A program made the translations under genes and the position numbers. A stretch of 32,000 bases of DNA from Candidatus Electrothrix yaqonensis. GTDB lineage: Bacteria > Desulfobacterota > Desulfobulbia > Desulfobulbales > Desulfobulbaceae. The notes under the pieces are model-generated. The model did not search any database and was not told where the DNA came from. It saw only the letters and a program-made list of their open reading frames with translations. Below, piece after piece: positions 1 through 8,172 of this stretch (position 1 is the stretch's first letter; each line of letters begins with the position of its first letter). The stretch is from assembly GCA_047651235.1 (NCBI GenBank), contig CP178758.1:2700001-2732000 (forward strand), read 5' to 3'.

Positions 1-821
1 AAGGCCTGGTTTGTCCTGGTAAGATCGGCAGTCTTCTCCTCCACGATCTCTTCCAGATGACTTTTATATTTTTCCAAAGCCTGTTGCGCTTGGTATCTCT
101 CGGCAATCTCCTGTTCAAGCATCGCCATATTCGCACCGAGCTTGCCTGTCATCTCGTTGAAGGAGCGCGAAACATCGCTCAGTTCGTCATTATGCCCGAT
201 CTCCAGCCTGTATTTGAATGAGCCGGCTGTGATCCTTCGGGCTGTCGATGCCATAGTGAGCAGGTGGCGACCGACAAGCAGATAGAACAAAAAAAGGATA
301 AACAGCGAAACCAGAAAAGTTTTGATCGTCTGGCTGACCAGAACGAGAAATAGCTTGTTCAGGAGCCGTTTATAGACGACATCCAAATCAGCCAGCACGA
401 TTATCTCACCTAAGCGCACCGTCTTGTCGCGATGAAGATAATTCAGTTCAAAGGATCTTCTGATAATCCGCTGTTCCCTCTGTTTCCCGCGGTGAGCTAT
501 TTTTCTGCCTGATTCATCATTCACCTGAACAGAGAGAATGCCCGGCAGACGCATCATCCCGTCCAGCTGGAGATTCAGGCTCTTTGTGTTATGCACCCAG
601 AGTGAAGTTGAAAGCGTATCCTGATACAGAATTTGTATTTCCTGGAGATGTTTTTCAAGCTCACTGATATCCCGCCAATAATCATACAGCAGCTGCGATG
701 CGGTAATTATCAGAGTGATAACAGAACTGAACAGCAGGATATAGGTTGCAAAACGCCGCCCGATTCCCTTGGACAGAAAGGTGGACAATATAACTTTTCC
801 CTGTGCCGATCCGCTCTGCAT
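1..821 (-). CDS. Sensor histidine kinase, N-terminal part (TM - periplasmic region - TM - HAMP - coiled coil); 3' end runs off the window
   Basis: Absent from the ORF track because it is open at the window edge. Minus-strand ATG at 821..819 gives MQSGSAQGKVILSTFLSKGIGRRFATYILLFSSVITLIITASQLLY... A second hydrophobic span (LFLVLVSQTIKTFLVSLFILFLFYLLVG) is followed by a HAMP-like RHLLTMASTARRITAGSFKYRLEIGHNDELSDVSRSFNEMTGKL and a coiled-coil linker. 273 codons have no stop. Confidence 0.75.
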   Translation of the reverse strand, partial: MQSGSAQGKVILSTFLSKGIGRRFATYILLFSSVITLIITASQLLYDYWRDISELEKHLQEIQILYQDTLSTSLWVHNTKSLNLQLDGMMRLPGILSVQVNDESGRKIAHRGKQREQRIIRRSFELNYLHRDKTVRLGEIIVLADLDVVYKRLLNKLFLVLVSQTIKTFLVSLFILFLFYLLVGRHLLTMASTARRITAGSFKYRLEIGHNDELSDVSRSFNEMTGKLGANMAMLEQEIAERYQAQQALEKYKSHLEEIVEEKTADLTRTNQA

Positions 822-849
822 GAAACTCTTTTATACAAAGGTTGACCGG

Positions 850-1602
850 TCAGCGGGACGGGGAATCCGTCTGCTTACTGAAGCGTTTTAAGACACTGTC
901 AAGAATCCGCTGATGTGATCCGTCTTCCTTCATCCTGCGGATCTCATGATTAATGATCGGCACCAGGTTGCGATGTTTTTTATGCAGGTAGAGATACCAG
1001 TCGCCAGTTAGAAACGCCGGTTCCAGAATGCGGATATCTTTAAGACCAAGATGCCTGACATGCATCATGCCGGTCATCCGCTCAATAACTGCCAGGTCGA
1101 GACGTCCGTCAGCCAGCATGGCGAACAATTGCTCTCCGGCATCCACCAGGGTGACTGTACGGGCGCTTGTGGTGTTCCACTCAATAATCTTCCACCCTTT
1201 GACGACCCCGACGTCGTACGGTTTCAGGTTATCAGGGCCGGTCACTTTAAAATCAGCCGCACGGGAGAAAATGACGTGTTCATACTGCATGATCACTTCC
1301 GGAACCCGCACTAAGTTGGGGTATTTCTCATCCAGCCCGAAGATCCGACAGACATCGCCGTCATCAATCCCCCTGTCGGCATTAACCAATGCCCGCTCGG
1401 CAGGCAAATACTGAATCTCGAATTCTCCGCCCAGCCGTCTAAAAAGCTCCTGGTAAAAAAGATCCAGAACACCTGAGTGATCAGGTGCGGTCAGAGGAGC
1501 TGTATACGAGGTGTTGAGTATCAGCTTAGGCATTGCCGCAAGCGGCATTCCCGCCGGAAACAAACAACAAACAGCCGCTATAAGAACAATACGATCTAAC
1601 AT
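850..1602 (-). CDS. Periplasmic solute-binding protein (family-3 / PBPb-like), probably the ligand-sensing partner of the downstream kinase
   Basis: The track ORF is 850..1794. The internal ATG at 1602..1600 has an AGGAG-type RBS (caaggagtg upstream) and starts a signal peptide, MLDRIVLIAAVCCLFPAGMPLAAMP. The body resembles family-3 binding proteins (YQELFRRLGGEFEIQYLPAERAL...DVGVVKGW...). It ends 28 nt upstream of the kinase start. Confidence 0.7.
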   Translation of the reverse strand: MLDRIVLIAAVCCLFPAGMPLAAMPKLILNTSYTAPLTAPDHSGVLDLFYQELFRRLGGEFEIQYLPAERALVNADRGIDDGDVCRIFGLDEKYPNLVRVPEVIMQYEHVIFSRAADFKVTGPDNLKPYDVGVVKGWKIIEWNTTSARTVTLVDAGEQLFAMLADGRLDLAVIERMTGMMHVRHLGLKDIRILEPAFLTGDWYLYLHKKHRNLVPIINHEIRRMKEDGSHQRILDSVLKRFSKQTDSPSR

Positions 1603-1992
1603 GTTTGACACTCCTTGAATAAGATGATGGTCAATCCCGGCCACACTGTTCCGCTGTCGAGCAGTGCCAGAAAGCTCACCGAAGCGGAACTCACGGACCA
1701 CATCGCCCTGCTCCGGACGGATACAGATGGAGGATTCCATTTTGTCATTATCTTTCCACTGATTAACTATATGAAAAATTAAACAAAAAAACAAAAATAT
1801 TATATCGGGTTATCCGTCGGGACCACTTTTCCACGAAAGAAAAAAATGAAAAACTGACTGAGTCCCCTATTTTTCTATTGTCAAAAAGTCCAAGTCAGTT
1901 TAAAAAGGGTTGCACAGTAATATATCTGGTGCGGCAGGAAGTGAGAAACAAAAAAAGCATCGTGTTCGACTGTTGCTTTTTCAGAGAATTCA

Positions 1993-2078
1993 GGAGAGGT
2001 GACCGAGTGGCTTAAGGTGCACGCCTGGAACGCGTGTGTACGCAAGTACCGTGAGTTCGAATCTCACCCTCTCCGCCA
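1993..2078 (+). tRNA. tRNA-Ser (anticodon GGA), CCA encoded
   Basis: Cloverleaf folded by hand. Acceptor GGAGAGG/CCTCTCC. Anticodon stem CACGC/GCGTG with loop CTGGAAC (anticodon GGA). Long variable arm GTAC-GCAA-GTAC. T arm GTGAG-TTCGAAT-CTCAC. Discriminator G plus CCA. Confidence 0.9.
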
Positions 2079-2102
2079 TTTGACATAGATGACCCAAATT
2101 TG

Positions 2103-2202
2103 AAAGCCGGGTCCTGCGCAATAAAGATTCGTGAACTCCGTCAGGTCCGGGAGGAAGCAGCGGCAGCGAAATTCTTTATGTGCTGCAGGGTTGCCCGGCT
2201 TT
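2103..2202 (+). ncRNA. ffs: Small (4.5S-type) signal recognition particle RNA
   Basis: GTCAGGTCCGGGAGGAAGCAGCGGCAG matches the conserved helix-8 core of bacterial SRP RNA (E. coli GUCAGGUCCGGAAGGAAGCAGCCAAGGCAG), with a GNRA-type GGGA tetraloop. The 5' end AAAGCCGGG..CCTGC pairs with the 3' end GCAGG..CCCGGCTTT, giving one long hairpin of about 100 nt. A T-run follows at 2200-2207. Confidence 0.8.
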
Positions 2203-2286
2203 TTTTATATGCTGCATCAGCTTCTATAGAAAAATATTAATAATATAGACGATTACCTTATTGTCGATCAACTGTCAGGAGGAAAT

Positions 2287-2700
2287 ATGGCGAACTACGA
2301 GTTCACGGTGCAAAATCGGACAGACGTTATTGTCGGCTTTACCCCCGCGCTTTTACAACGTCCCGCAGCTCTGTTTGAAGTCACCGGCAGACAGCGCATA
2401 GATGGGCAGTTCCATATTCATCCCCGGCATTTCAGCGCAAGAATTCCCAGCGCCCCCAATCCTAAGGCTCATGTTGCCTTCGCCCCGGATAAGCATGGTG
2501 AGCCGCCGGAAAAATTCCGCGTTGATCTGCTGATATCAAGCGGCTCCATCCCCGGCCAGATTGAACTGGGCGATCCGCTGTATATTATTGTCACGATCGG
2601 CAACGGCAATCCCCGTCACGGGTTGGTTTACAGCACGCACGAATTTCCCGTGCAGGAAGTTAAAATTCCGCATGGCTCCATGGTGACAATTACTTCGTAG
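2287..2700 (+). CDS. Hypothetical protein (137 aa), no family recognised
   Basis: ATG preceded by AGGAGG at optimal spacing (caggaggaaatATG). The reading frame is intact. No motifs recognised. Confidence 0.55.
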   Translation: MANYEFTVQNRTDVIVGFTPALLQRPAALFEVTGRQRIDGQFHIHPRHFSARIPSAPNPKAHVAFAPDKHGEPPEKFRVDLLISSGSIPGQIELGDPLYIIVTIGNGNPRHGLVYSTHEFPVQEVKIPHGSMVTITS

Positions 2701-2780
2701 TTTATCTGAAAGAACGGACAGCAGCAGGCAGCGGTGAATACGACCGGCACTAGGGCAACCTCTCTTTTCCATGACGATAA

Positions 2781-2808
2781 GTAGGGGCGGTTCGCGAACC
2801 GCCCCTAC
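2781..2808 (+). terminator. Perfect 14-bp-arm palindrome (possible terminator/structured element), no T-run
   Basis: GTAGGGGCGGTTCG|CGAACCGCCCCTAC is fully self-complementary. It lies 80 nt after the stop of ORF 2287..2700 and directly before the dnaX remnant. Confidence 0.4.
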
Positions 2809-2818
2809 TCCGCCGTAA

Positions 2819-3184
2819 TACCCTCTGAAGCACCTTATCCTTGCCCGTAAGTCCCGCCCCCAGACCTTTGCCCAGGTCGTCGGTCAGAAGCCCATTGTCC
2901 GGACTCTGCAGAACGGACTGCGGCAGCCCAGGATTCCTCGTGCCCTGCTCTTCAGCGGGGTACGCGGCACCGGCAAAACCACCCTTGCCCGCATCAGGGC
3001 CAAGGCCCTGAACTGCGAACGGGTTGCCCATGCGGAGCTGGCTGTCCATTTTGCCTCCCTTGCCGAATATGAAAAATTCCGGAAAGGCTTCGGCGGCAAT
3101 AGCATCAAATTCGGCCTCATCCGTTCCAGTATGCCTGTTGCCGGGCAAATACAAATTGATGCTCCTGCAGAAATCAATGTCTAA
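2819..3184 (+). pseudogene. dnaX: Remnant of the 5' end of dnaX (DNA polymerase III gamma/tau), truncated after the Walker A region
   Basis: The frame opening after TAA (2816-2818) reads YPLKHLILARKSRPQTFAQVVGQKPIVRTLQNGLRQPRIPRALLFSGVRGTGKTTLARIRAKALNCE... This matches the canonical DnaX N-terminus (LARKxRPQTFxxVVGQ...LFSGxRGxGKTTxAR...LNCE). There is no ATG; CTG sits where the start Met would be. The zinc-module cysteines are missing and similarity fades. Stop after 121 codons, so Walker B and sensor motifs are absent. Confidence 0.7.
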
Positions 3185-3221
3185 GAGCTGTTATCGGGGC
3201 ATGGGAGCCTACAGATAAGAT

Positions 3222-4271
3222 ATGGCGGAACGGTCAGGTGTTTCATGGATGGCAGGCGCTGGGTTGCTCCTTCTGCTCCTCGGTTCCGTGGTGCTTTCCG
3301 CCACCATGGGATTTATGGAAATCCCGGCCGCAACCGTGCTCCGGGTCATTACCGATGCTCTCCTGTCGCGCAGCAGGGAGGCCGGGACAGACCCGGTGGT
3401 CACGGCAGTGGTCATGGATGTGCGCCTGCCCCGGATTCTGGCGGCCGTGCTGGTGGGCGGTCTGCTGGCAGTCTGCGGCACGGTTTTCCAAGCTATCCTT
3501 CTGAATCCGCTAGCTGACCCCTACACCCTGGGCATTTCTTCCGGAGCTGCCTTCGGGGCCTCCCTGGTCATTGTCCTCCAGGTTATCGGACTGTCCCTGC
3601 CTGCTGATTTCTCCGTGCCTCTCTTTGCCTTTGCAGGCAGCGTCGGCACCCTGTTCACTGTGCTGGCCCTAGCTGCGGAAGACCAGCGGCTGTCCTCAAC
3701 CAGTCTGATTCTCTCCGGCGTTATTGTGGCAGCCATTCTGTCCGCTGCCATCGGTTTTCTGAAATTCATTGCCGATGAACAGGTCGGGATTATTATTTTC
3801 TGGCTCATGGGATCCCTTTCCGGGGTTTCCCGCCAGAATATCCTGCTGCTGCTGCCCACCGCCCTGGCCGGTGTAGGGGTCTGTTTGTTCCACAGCCGGG
3901 ATCTCAACATCATGGCCACCGGGGAACGGGCTGCCGCCACCCTGGGAGTCAATACGGTCCGGCTGCGCTGGATTCTGCTCATCACCTGTTCCCTGATGAC
4001 CGCATTGTGCGTTGCAGTCTCCGGGATTATCGGTTTTGTCGGCCTGATTGTTCCCCACTTGCTCCGGTATCTTATCGGGCCGGATAACCGGCAGCTGATT
4101 CTGCTTTCCTTTCTCGGCGGCGGGCTGTTGCTGCTGCTGGCCGATACTCTGACCAGGGCTGTACTGCCTGCCGAAGTTCCCATCGGCGTGCTCACCGCCC
4201 TGATCGGCGGACCGTTTTTCGCCTGTATCTTTAAAAAACGACAGCAGGAAAATGAGCAGGGCGCCCTCTGA
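3222..4271 (+). CDS. FecCD/BtuC-family ABC permease (iron-chelate or cobalamin type importer)
   Basis: 349 aa and highly hydrophobic. Family-typical stretches include NPLADPYTLGISSGAAFGASL, FWLMGSLSG and PIGVLTALIGGPFFACIF. Confidence 0.9.
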   Translation: MAERSGVSWMAGAGLLLLLLGSVVLSATMGFMEIPAATVLRVITDALLSRSREAGTDPVVTAVVMDVRLPRILAAVLVGGLLAVCGTVFQAILLNPLADPYTLGISSGAAFGASLVIVLQVIGLSLPADFSVPLFAFAGSVGTLFTVLALAAEDQRLSSTSLILSGVIVAAILSAAIGFLKFIADEQVGIIIFWLMGSLSGVSRQNILLLLPTALAGVGVCLFHSRDLNIMATGERAAATLGVNTVRLRWILLITCSLMTALCVAVSGIIGFVGLIVPHLLRYLIGPDNRQLILLSFLGGGLLLLLADTLTRAVLPAEVPIGVLTALIGGPFFACIFKKRQQENEQGAL

Positions 4272-5067
4272 TACCCTGTCTGATATCCTCTGGCAGCTTG
4301 ATCAGGTGGGGTTTGCCTATAAAGAACAGGCTGTTCTGGCGGAGATAACTCTTACCTTATCCGCAGAAAAATGTTACGGTGTCCTCGGTCCCAACGGCAG
4401 CGGCAAGACCACCCTGCTTGACCTGCTCTGCGGTCTTACCCCGGCGGGTACGGGAAAAATACAGTATCGCGGTACCCTGCTGGGTAACTGGCAGGCCCGT
4501 CAGCTGGCCCGCCGGGTGGCGCTGGTGCCCCAGGATTTTGTTGTCCGCTTTGGTTTTTCCGTGCGCGAGGTGGTGGAAATGGGCCGTCATCCTCATCTTG
4601 CCCGATTTGCCTCTCTAACCGGGCAGGAAGTTGCTCTGGTTGATGCTGTGATGCAGGAAATGGGGGTGGCTGAATTTTCCGGCCGCTCCGTAACGCGGCT
4701 GTCCGGCGGCGAAAAGCAGCGGGTTGCGGTTGCGCGGGCCTTGGTACAGGATCCGGAGGTGCTGCTGCTGGATGAGGCCACCTCGAACCTTGATATCTAC
4801 CATTCCCTGTCCATCCTCGGCCTGATTCGCCGTCGGGTCGTAGAGCAGGGGCTGACTGTGGTGGCAGCGATTCATGATCTGAATCTGGCCGCCTATTTCT
4901 GTGACGAGTTGATTTTTCTCAAAAATGGCAGGATTATCTGCCAGGGCTCGACCGACGAAGTTCTGCGCCCTGAGGTCATCCGGGAAGTGTACGGGGTGGA
5001 GGCGCAGGTTCGGGAAGATGCTTTTTCTGCCTGCAGCCAGGTGAGTTACCGGCTTCCTGCTGCATGA
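4252..5067 (+). CDS. ABC transporter ATP-binding protein (FepC/BtuD/HmuV-like)
   Basis: Walker A GPNGSGKTT, signature LSGGEKQRV, Walker B LLLDEATSNLD and the H-loop region AAIHDLN. It overlaps the permease gene by 20 nt. Confidence 0.9.
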   Translation: MSRAPSDTLSDILWQLDQVGFAYKEQAVLAEITLTLSAEKCYGVLGPNGSGKTTLLDLLCGLTPAGTGKIQYRGTLLGNWQARQLARRVALVPQDFVVRFGFSVREVVEMGRHPHLARFASLTGQEVALVDAVMQEMGVAEFSGRSVTRLSGGEKQRVAVARALVQDPEVLLLDEATSNLDIYHSLSILGLIRRRVVEQGLTVVAAIHDLNLAAYFCDELIFLKNGRIICQGSTDEVLRPEVIREVYGVEAQVREDAFSACSQVSYRLPAA

Positions 5068-5092
5068 ATATCTATCCTTCAGGAGTAACGCA

Positions 5093-6019
5093 ATGCGTAA
5101 CCGATTTTCTCTTCTTGTTCTGTTCTCTCTGTTTTCTCTGCTGCTGGCTGCTGGCCCGGCTCTCAGCGCCCCTATTGTGGATAATGACGGCAGGGTGATT
5201 CAGCCGGACAAGCCCTTTGCCCGGATTATTTCCCTGTACGCCGCCCATACCCGCAATCTGATGGATATGGGCGCAGAATCGCAGATTGTGGCCATCGGTC
5301 GCAGTGATAAACAGCTGCCTGATCTGCCTAAACTCAGTTTCCGGGATGATCCGGAACGGCTGCTGGCCCTGCAGCCTAATCTCGTGCTGATCCGCCCCAT
5401 GCTCAGCCGGGCCTATCCGAATATGGTGGAACGCCTTGAACAGAACGGGGTAACCGTGGTTTCTCTGCAGCCCACTTCAGTGGATGAGATGTTCCGGTAC
5501 TGGGAGAATCTGGGCATCCTGAGTGGGCATGCAGAGGAGGCCCGGCAGATGATCACCCGGTTCGGCGTCGCTCTTGCGGAAATCAAAGAGCAGGTGGACA
5601 CGATTCCCGCAGAGAAGAGGAAGCGGGTCTATTTTGAATCCATCCACAAAAGGATGAAGACCTTTGCTCCTGATTCCATGGCCATGTTTGTCCTGGAATC
5701 TGCAGGCGGCATCAACGTGGCCACGGATGCCGTGCAGGTGCGGAAAACGAATATCGCAGAGTACGGCAAAGAGCGTATTCTGGCCAAGGCCGGACAGATC
5801 GATGTTTTTCTGGCCCAGCAGGGCCGGATGAATCAGGTGACCAAGGAAATAATCAGAAATGAACCCGGTTTTCAGGTCATCAAAGCGGTGCAGGAAAATC
5901 AGATTTTTCTGGTTGATGAAAAGCAGGTCTCCCGGCCGACTATGGGCCTGCTGGAAGGAATCAGAACAGTTGTTTCGCTGCTGTATCCCGACGACATCAG
6001 AGACGATGAGCAGCAGTGA
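5093..6019 (+). CDS. Periplasmic binding protein of the iron-siderophore/cobalamin class (Peripla_BP_2-like)
   Basis: AGGAG RBS. Signal peptide MRNRFSLLVLFSLFSLLLAAGPALSA. RIISLYAAHTRNLMDMGAESQIVAIG...LLALQPNLVLI is typical of BtuF/FhuD-class binding proteins. Confidence 0.85.
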   Translation: MRNRFSLLVLFSLFSLLLAAGPALSAPIVDNDGRVIQPDKPFARIISLYAAHTRNLMDMGAESQIVAIGRSDKQLPDLPKLSFRDDPERLLALQPNLVLIRPMLSRAYPNMVERLEQNGVTVVSLQPTSVDEMFRYWENLGILSGHAEEARQMITRFGVALAEIKEQVDTIPAEKRKRVYFESIHKRMKTFAPDSMAMFVLESAGGINVATDAVQVRKTNIAEYGKERILAKAGQIDVFLAQQGRMNQVTKEIIRNEPGFQVIKAVQENQIFLVDEKQVSRPTMGLLEGIRTVVSLLYPDDIRDDEQQ

Positions 6020-6057
6020 TGAGCAGCGATAAATCTGGGTAATCAGGTGATCGTGCT

Positions 6058-6552
6058 ATGCAGCAGGTTATTGGATCGGAAAAGAAACCGATACAATTAT
6101 GGCTCCGGGACATTGAAGAAGGGGCGCTGGAACAGGCCAGGAACTTGGCCAACCTGCCTTTTACCTTCCGCCATGTTCTTATGCCGGATTCTCACCAAGG
6201 CTACGGCATGCCCATCGGCGGGGTTTTGGTAACAAAAGACGCGGTAATTCCCAATGCCGTCGGAGTTGATATCGGCTGCGGCATGTGCGCTGTGCAGACC
6301 TCGCTCCGGGATATTGAGCGCAAGGCGCTGAAGAAAATCATGGGGGAAATACGTCGCGCAGTGCCGGTCGGAGGCATCGCCTTCGGCCTCGACCGCCTGA
6401 TGATGCTCCTCACCGGCTCCAGCTCCATCCGGGACATGATCGCCTTCCCAAAGACCCAGAAGGCCACCTGTCCCCTCACTGAGGATCCTGCTTCTGTTGC
6501 GAGAAAACAACTCACCAAGCTGCATCTCCGGCCCGAATGGAAGGAAGAGTAA
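6058..6552 (+). pseudogene. In-frame chimera: about 105 N-terminal codons of RNA ligase RtcB fused to about 58 C-terminal codons of aspartyl-tRNA synthetase
   Basis: Residues 1-105 carry RtcB hallmarks: [26 protein letters not shown] and [10 protein letters not shown]. From about nt 6373 the frame reads [42 protein letters not shown]..., the class II motif-3/C-terminal tail of AspRS. It is neither a complete RtcB nor a complete AspRS. Confidence 0.75.
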
Positions 6553-6580
6553 GGCCGAAGCTTGACGCTGTACGGAACGG

Positions 6581-6611
6581 ACGATCAGCTCCTGATCGTT
6601 CATCTTCTTTC
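6581..6611 (+). terminator. Candidate intrinsic terminator after the chimeric ORF
   Basis: ACGATCAG-ctc-CTGATCGT (8-bp stem, very small loop) followed by the T-rich tcatcttctttc. Confidence 0.3.
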
Positions 6612-6642
6612 ATAATTACTGCCGAACCGATACCGGAGGATC

Positions 6643-8172
6643 ATGCGCAAGCTGCCTATAGGTATTCAGACCTTCAGCGAAATCCGTGAAGAAGAATACC
6701 GCTACGTTGATAAAACACAATTCGCTGTTGAGCTGATCAACAACGGCAAATACTATTTTCTCTCCCGGCCTCGCCGCTTCGGCAAGAGCCTTTTTCTTTC
6801 CACCTTACAGGCTGTGTTCGAGGGACAGAAGGAACTGTTTCACGGCCTGTCCATCCATGATACCTGGGATTGGGGCGCGGTCTATCCGGTCGTCAAAATC
6901 AGTTTTGCCGGAGTGGCCCGCAATGTTGCCGCCATGCAGCAGGATATCAGAAATATCCTCAAGGATAACCAGGAACGCCTGGACATCGACTGCCTGCTTG
7001 ATGAAGATACAGGGGGCTGCTTGCGGGAGCTGATCAGAAAGGCTTTTGAGAAATATCAGCAGAAAGTCGTTATCCTGGTGGATGAGTACGACAAGCTGAT
7101 CCTGGATAATCTGGATCAGATGGAGGTTGCCGGGGAGGCAAGGGAAATACTCAAAGACCTGTACACAATTATCAAGGACTGCGACGAGTATATCAAATTC
7201 TCCTTTTTTACCGGGGTCAGTAAATTCGCCAAGGTTTCTGTGTTCAGCGGCCTGAACAATCTTTCCGATATCTCCCTTGACAGCCGTTACGCCACTGTCT
7301 GCGGCTATACCCAGGATGATCTGGAGACCGTTTTTGCCGACCTCCTGCGGGATGCAGATATGGAGAAGGTGCGGGACTGGTACAACGGTTATAATTTTAT
7401 CGGGGAAAAGGTCTATAATCCCTTTGATATCCTGCTCTTCATCGACAAGGGATGTATCTTTAATAATTACTGGTTCGCGACCGGTACGCCCACCTTTCTG
7501 CTCAAGCTGATCCGGCAGAATAACTATTTTCTTCCTCGTCTGTCCGACCTGCGGGTTGACAGCTCGCTTCTCGACGGTTTTGATATTGATCATATCAGGC
7601 TGGAACCTGTCCTGTTTCAGGCTGGTTACCTGACCATCAAAAAGATTTACGAACTGGAGTTCGGAGGCTTTGAATATACCCTGCACTACCCGAACAGGGA
7701 GGTCGCCCTTTCCTTTAATGACGCGCTTATCCGCTTTCTGACGGACGCGACAACATATACCCCCACCAAGACCGGCCTGTTTTCCGCATTAAAAAACGGT
7801 GATATTGAAGCATTGGAAGATGTACTTGTTTCCCTGTTTGCCTCCATCCCCTATAATAATTATGTCAAAAACACCCTTGCCGAGTATGAGGGCTATTATG
7901 CCAGTGTGATTTATGCCTACCTCGCAAGCCTGGGTATCCGCATCATTGCTGAGGATGTGACCAATACCGGGCGCATTGATTTAACGCTCTTTTTGGATGA
8001 TAACATCTATATTGTCGAGTTTAAAGTCGATGGTGGCGTGGAACCCCTTGAGCAGATTAAAGAAAGGAAGTATGCGCAGAAGTATACAGGCCAGGGGACA
8101 GTGTATTTGGTCGGTATTCTCTTCAGCAGTACAAAGAAAAATATTGCGGCGTTTTCTTGGGAAAGGGTCTGA
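6643..8172 (+). CDS. AAA-ATPase-like N-terminal domain + PD-(D/E)XK nuclease-like C-terminal domain protein (family of unknown function)
   Basis: The N-terminus KLPIGIQTFSEIREEEYRYVDKTQF...YYFLSRPRRFGKSLFLSTLQAVFEG is the hallmark of the 'predicted AAA-ATPase' family. The C-terminus YEGYYASVIYAYLASLG...GRIDLTL...IYIVEFKVD...QIKERKY fits the associated PD-(D/E)XK module. Confidence 0.8.
   Translation: MRKLPIGIQTFSEIREEEYRYVDKTQFAVELINNGKYYFLSRPRRFGKSLFLSTLQAVFEGQKELFHGLSIHDTWDWGAVYPVVKISFAGVARNVAAMQQDIRNILKDNQERLDIDCLLDEDTGGCLRELIRKAFEKYQQKVVILVDEYDKLILDNLDQMEVAGEAREILKDLYTIIKDCDEYIKFSFFTGVSKFAKVSVFSGLNNLSDISLDSRYATVCGYTQDDLETVFADLLRDADMEKVRDWYNGYNFIGEKVYNPFDILLFIDKGCIFNNYWFATGTPTFLLKLIRQNNYFLPRLSDLRVDSSLLDGFDIDHIRLEPVLFQAGYLTIKKIYELEFGGFEYTLHYPNREVALSFNDALIRFLTDATTYTPTKTGLFSALKNGDIEALEDVLVSLFASIPYNNYVKNTLAEYEGYYASVIYAYLASLGIRIIAEDVTNTGRIDLTLFLDDNIYIVEFKVDGGVEPLEQIKERKYAQKYTGQGTVYLVGILFSSTKKNIAAFSWERV

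Noticed and set aside
633-845. 70-aa plus-strand ORF (TTG start)
   Set aside because: It lies antisense to the N-terminal coding region of the edge-truncated sensor kinase.
1603-1794. 64-codon N-terminal extension of the binding-protein ORF (track start at 1794)
   Set aside because: The extension has no signal-peptide character and an A/T-rich 5' end. The internal ATG at 1602 has an RBS and starts a proper signal peptide.
2700-3221. Possible cobalamin riboswitch or other leader upstream of the BtuCDF-like importer
   Set aside because: I could not find the B12-box or conserved core words. The segment ggcagcggtgaatacgaccggcactagggcaacc is only vaguely reminiscent. Most of the interval is better explained as a dnaX remnant. 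A covariance-model scan is needed for a definitive answer.
3521-4195. 224-aa minus-strand ORF and several 80-120-aa ORFs at 3209..4058
   Set aside because: They are antisense or out of frame within the FecCD permease gene. Arg/Pro/Ser-rich translations are typical of wrong-frame GC-rich DNA.
6805-7686. 293-aa minus-strand ORF
   Set aside because: It is antisense to the AAA-ATPase-like/PD-(D/E)XK gene, which has clear family signatures on the plus strand.
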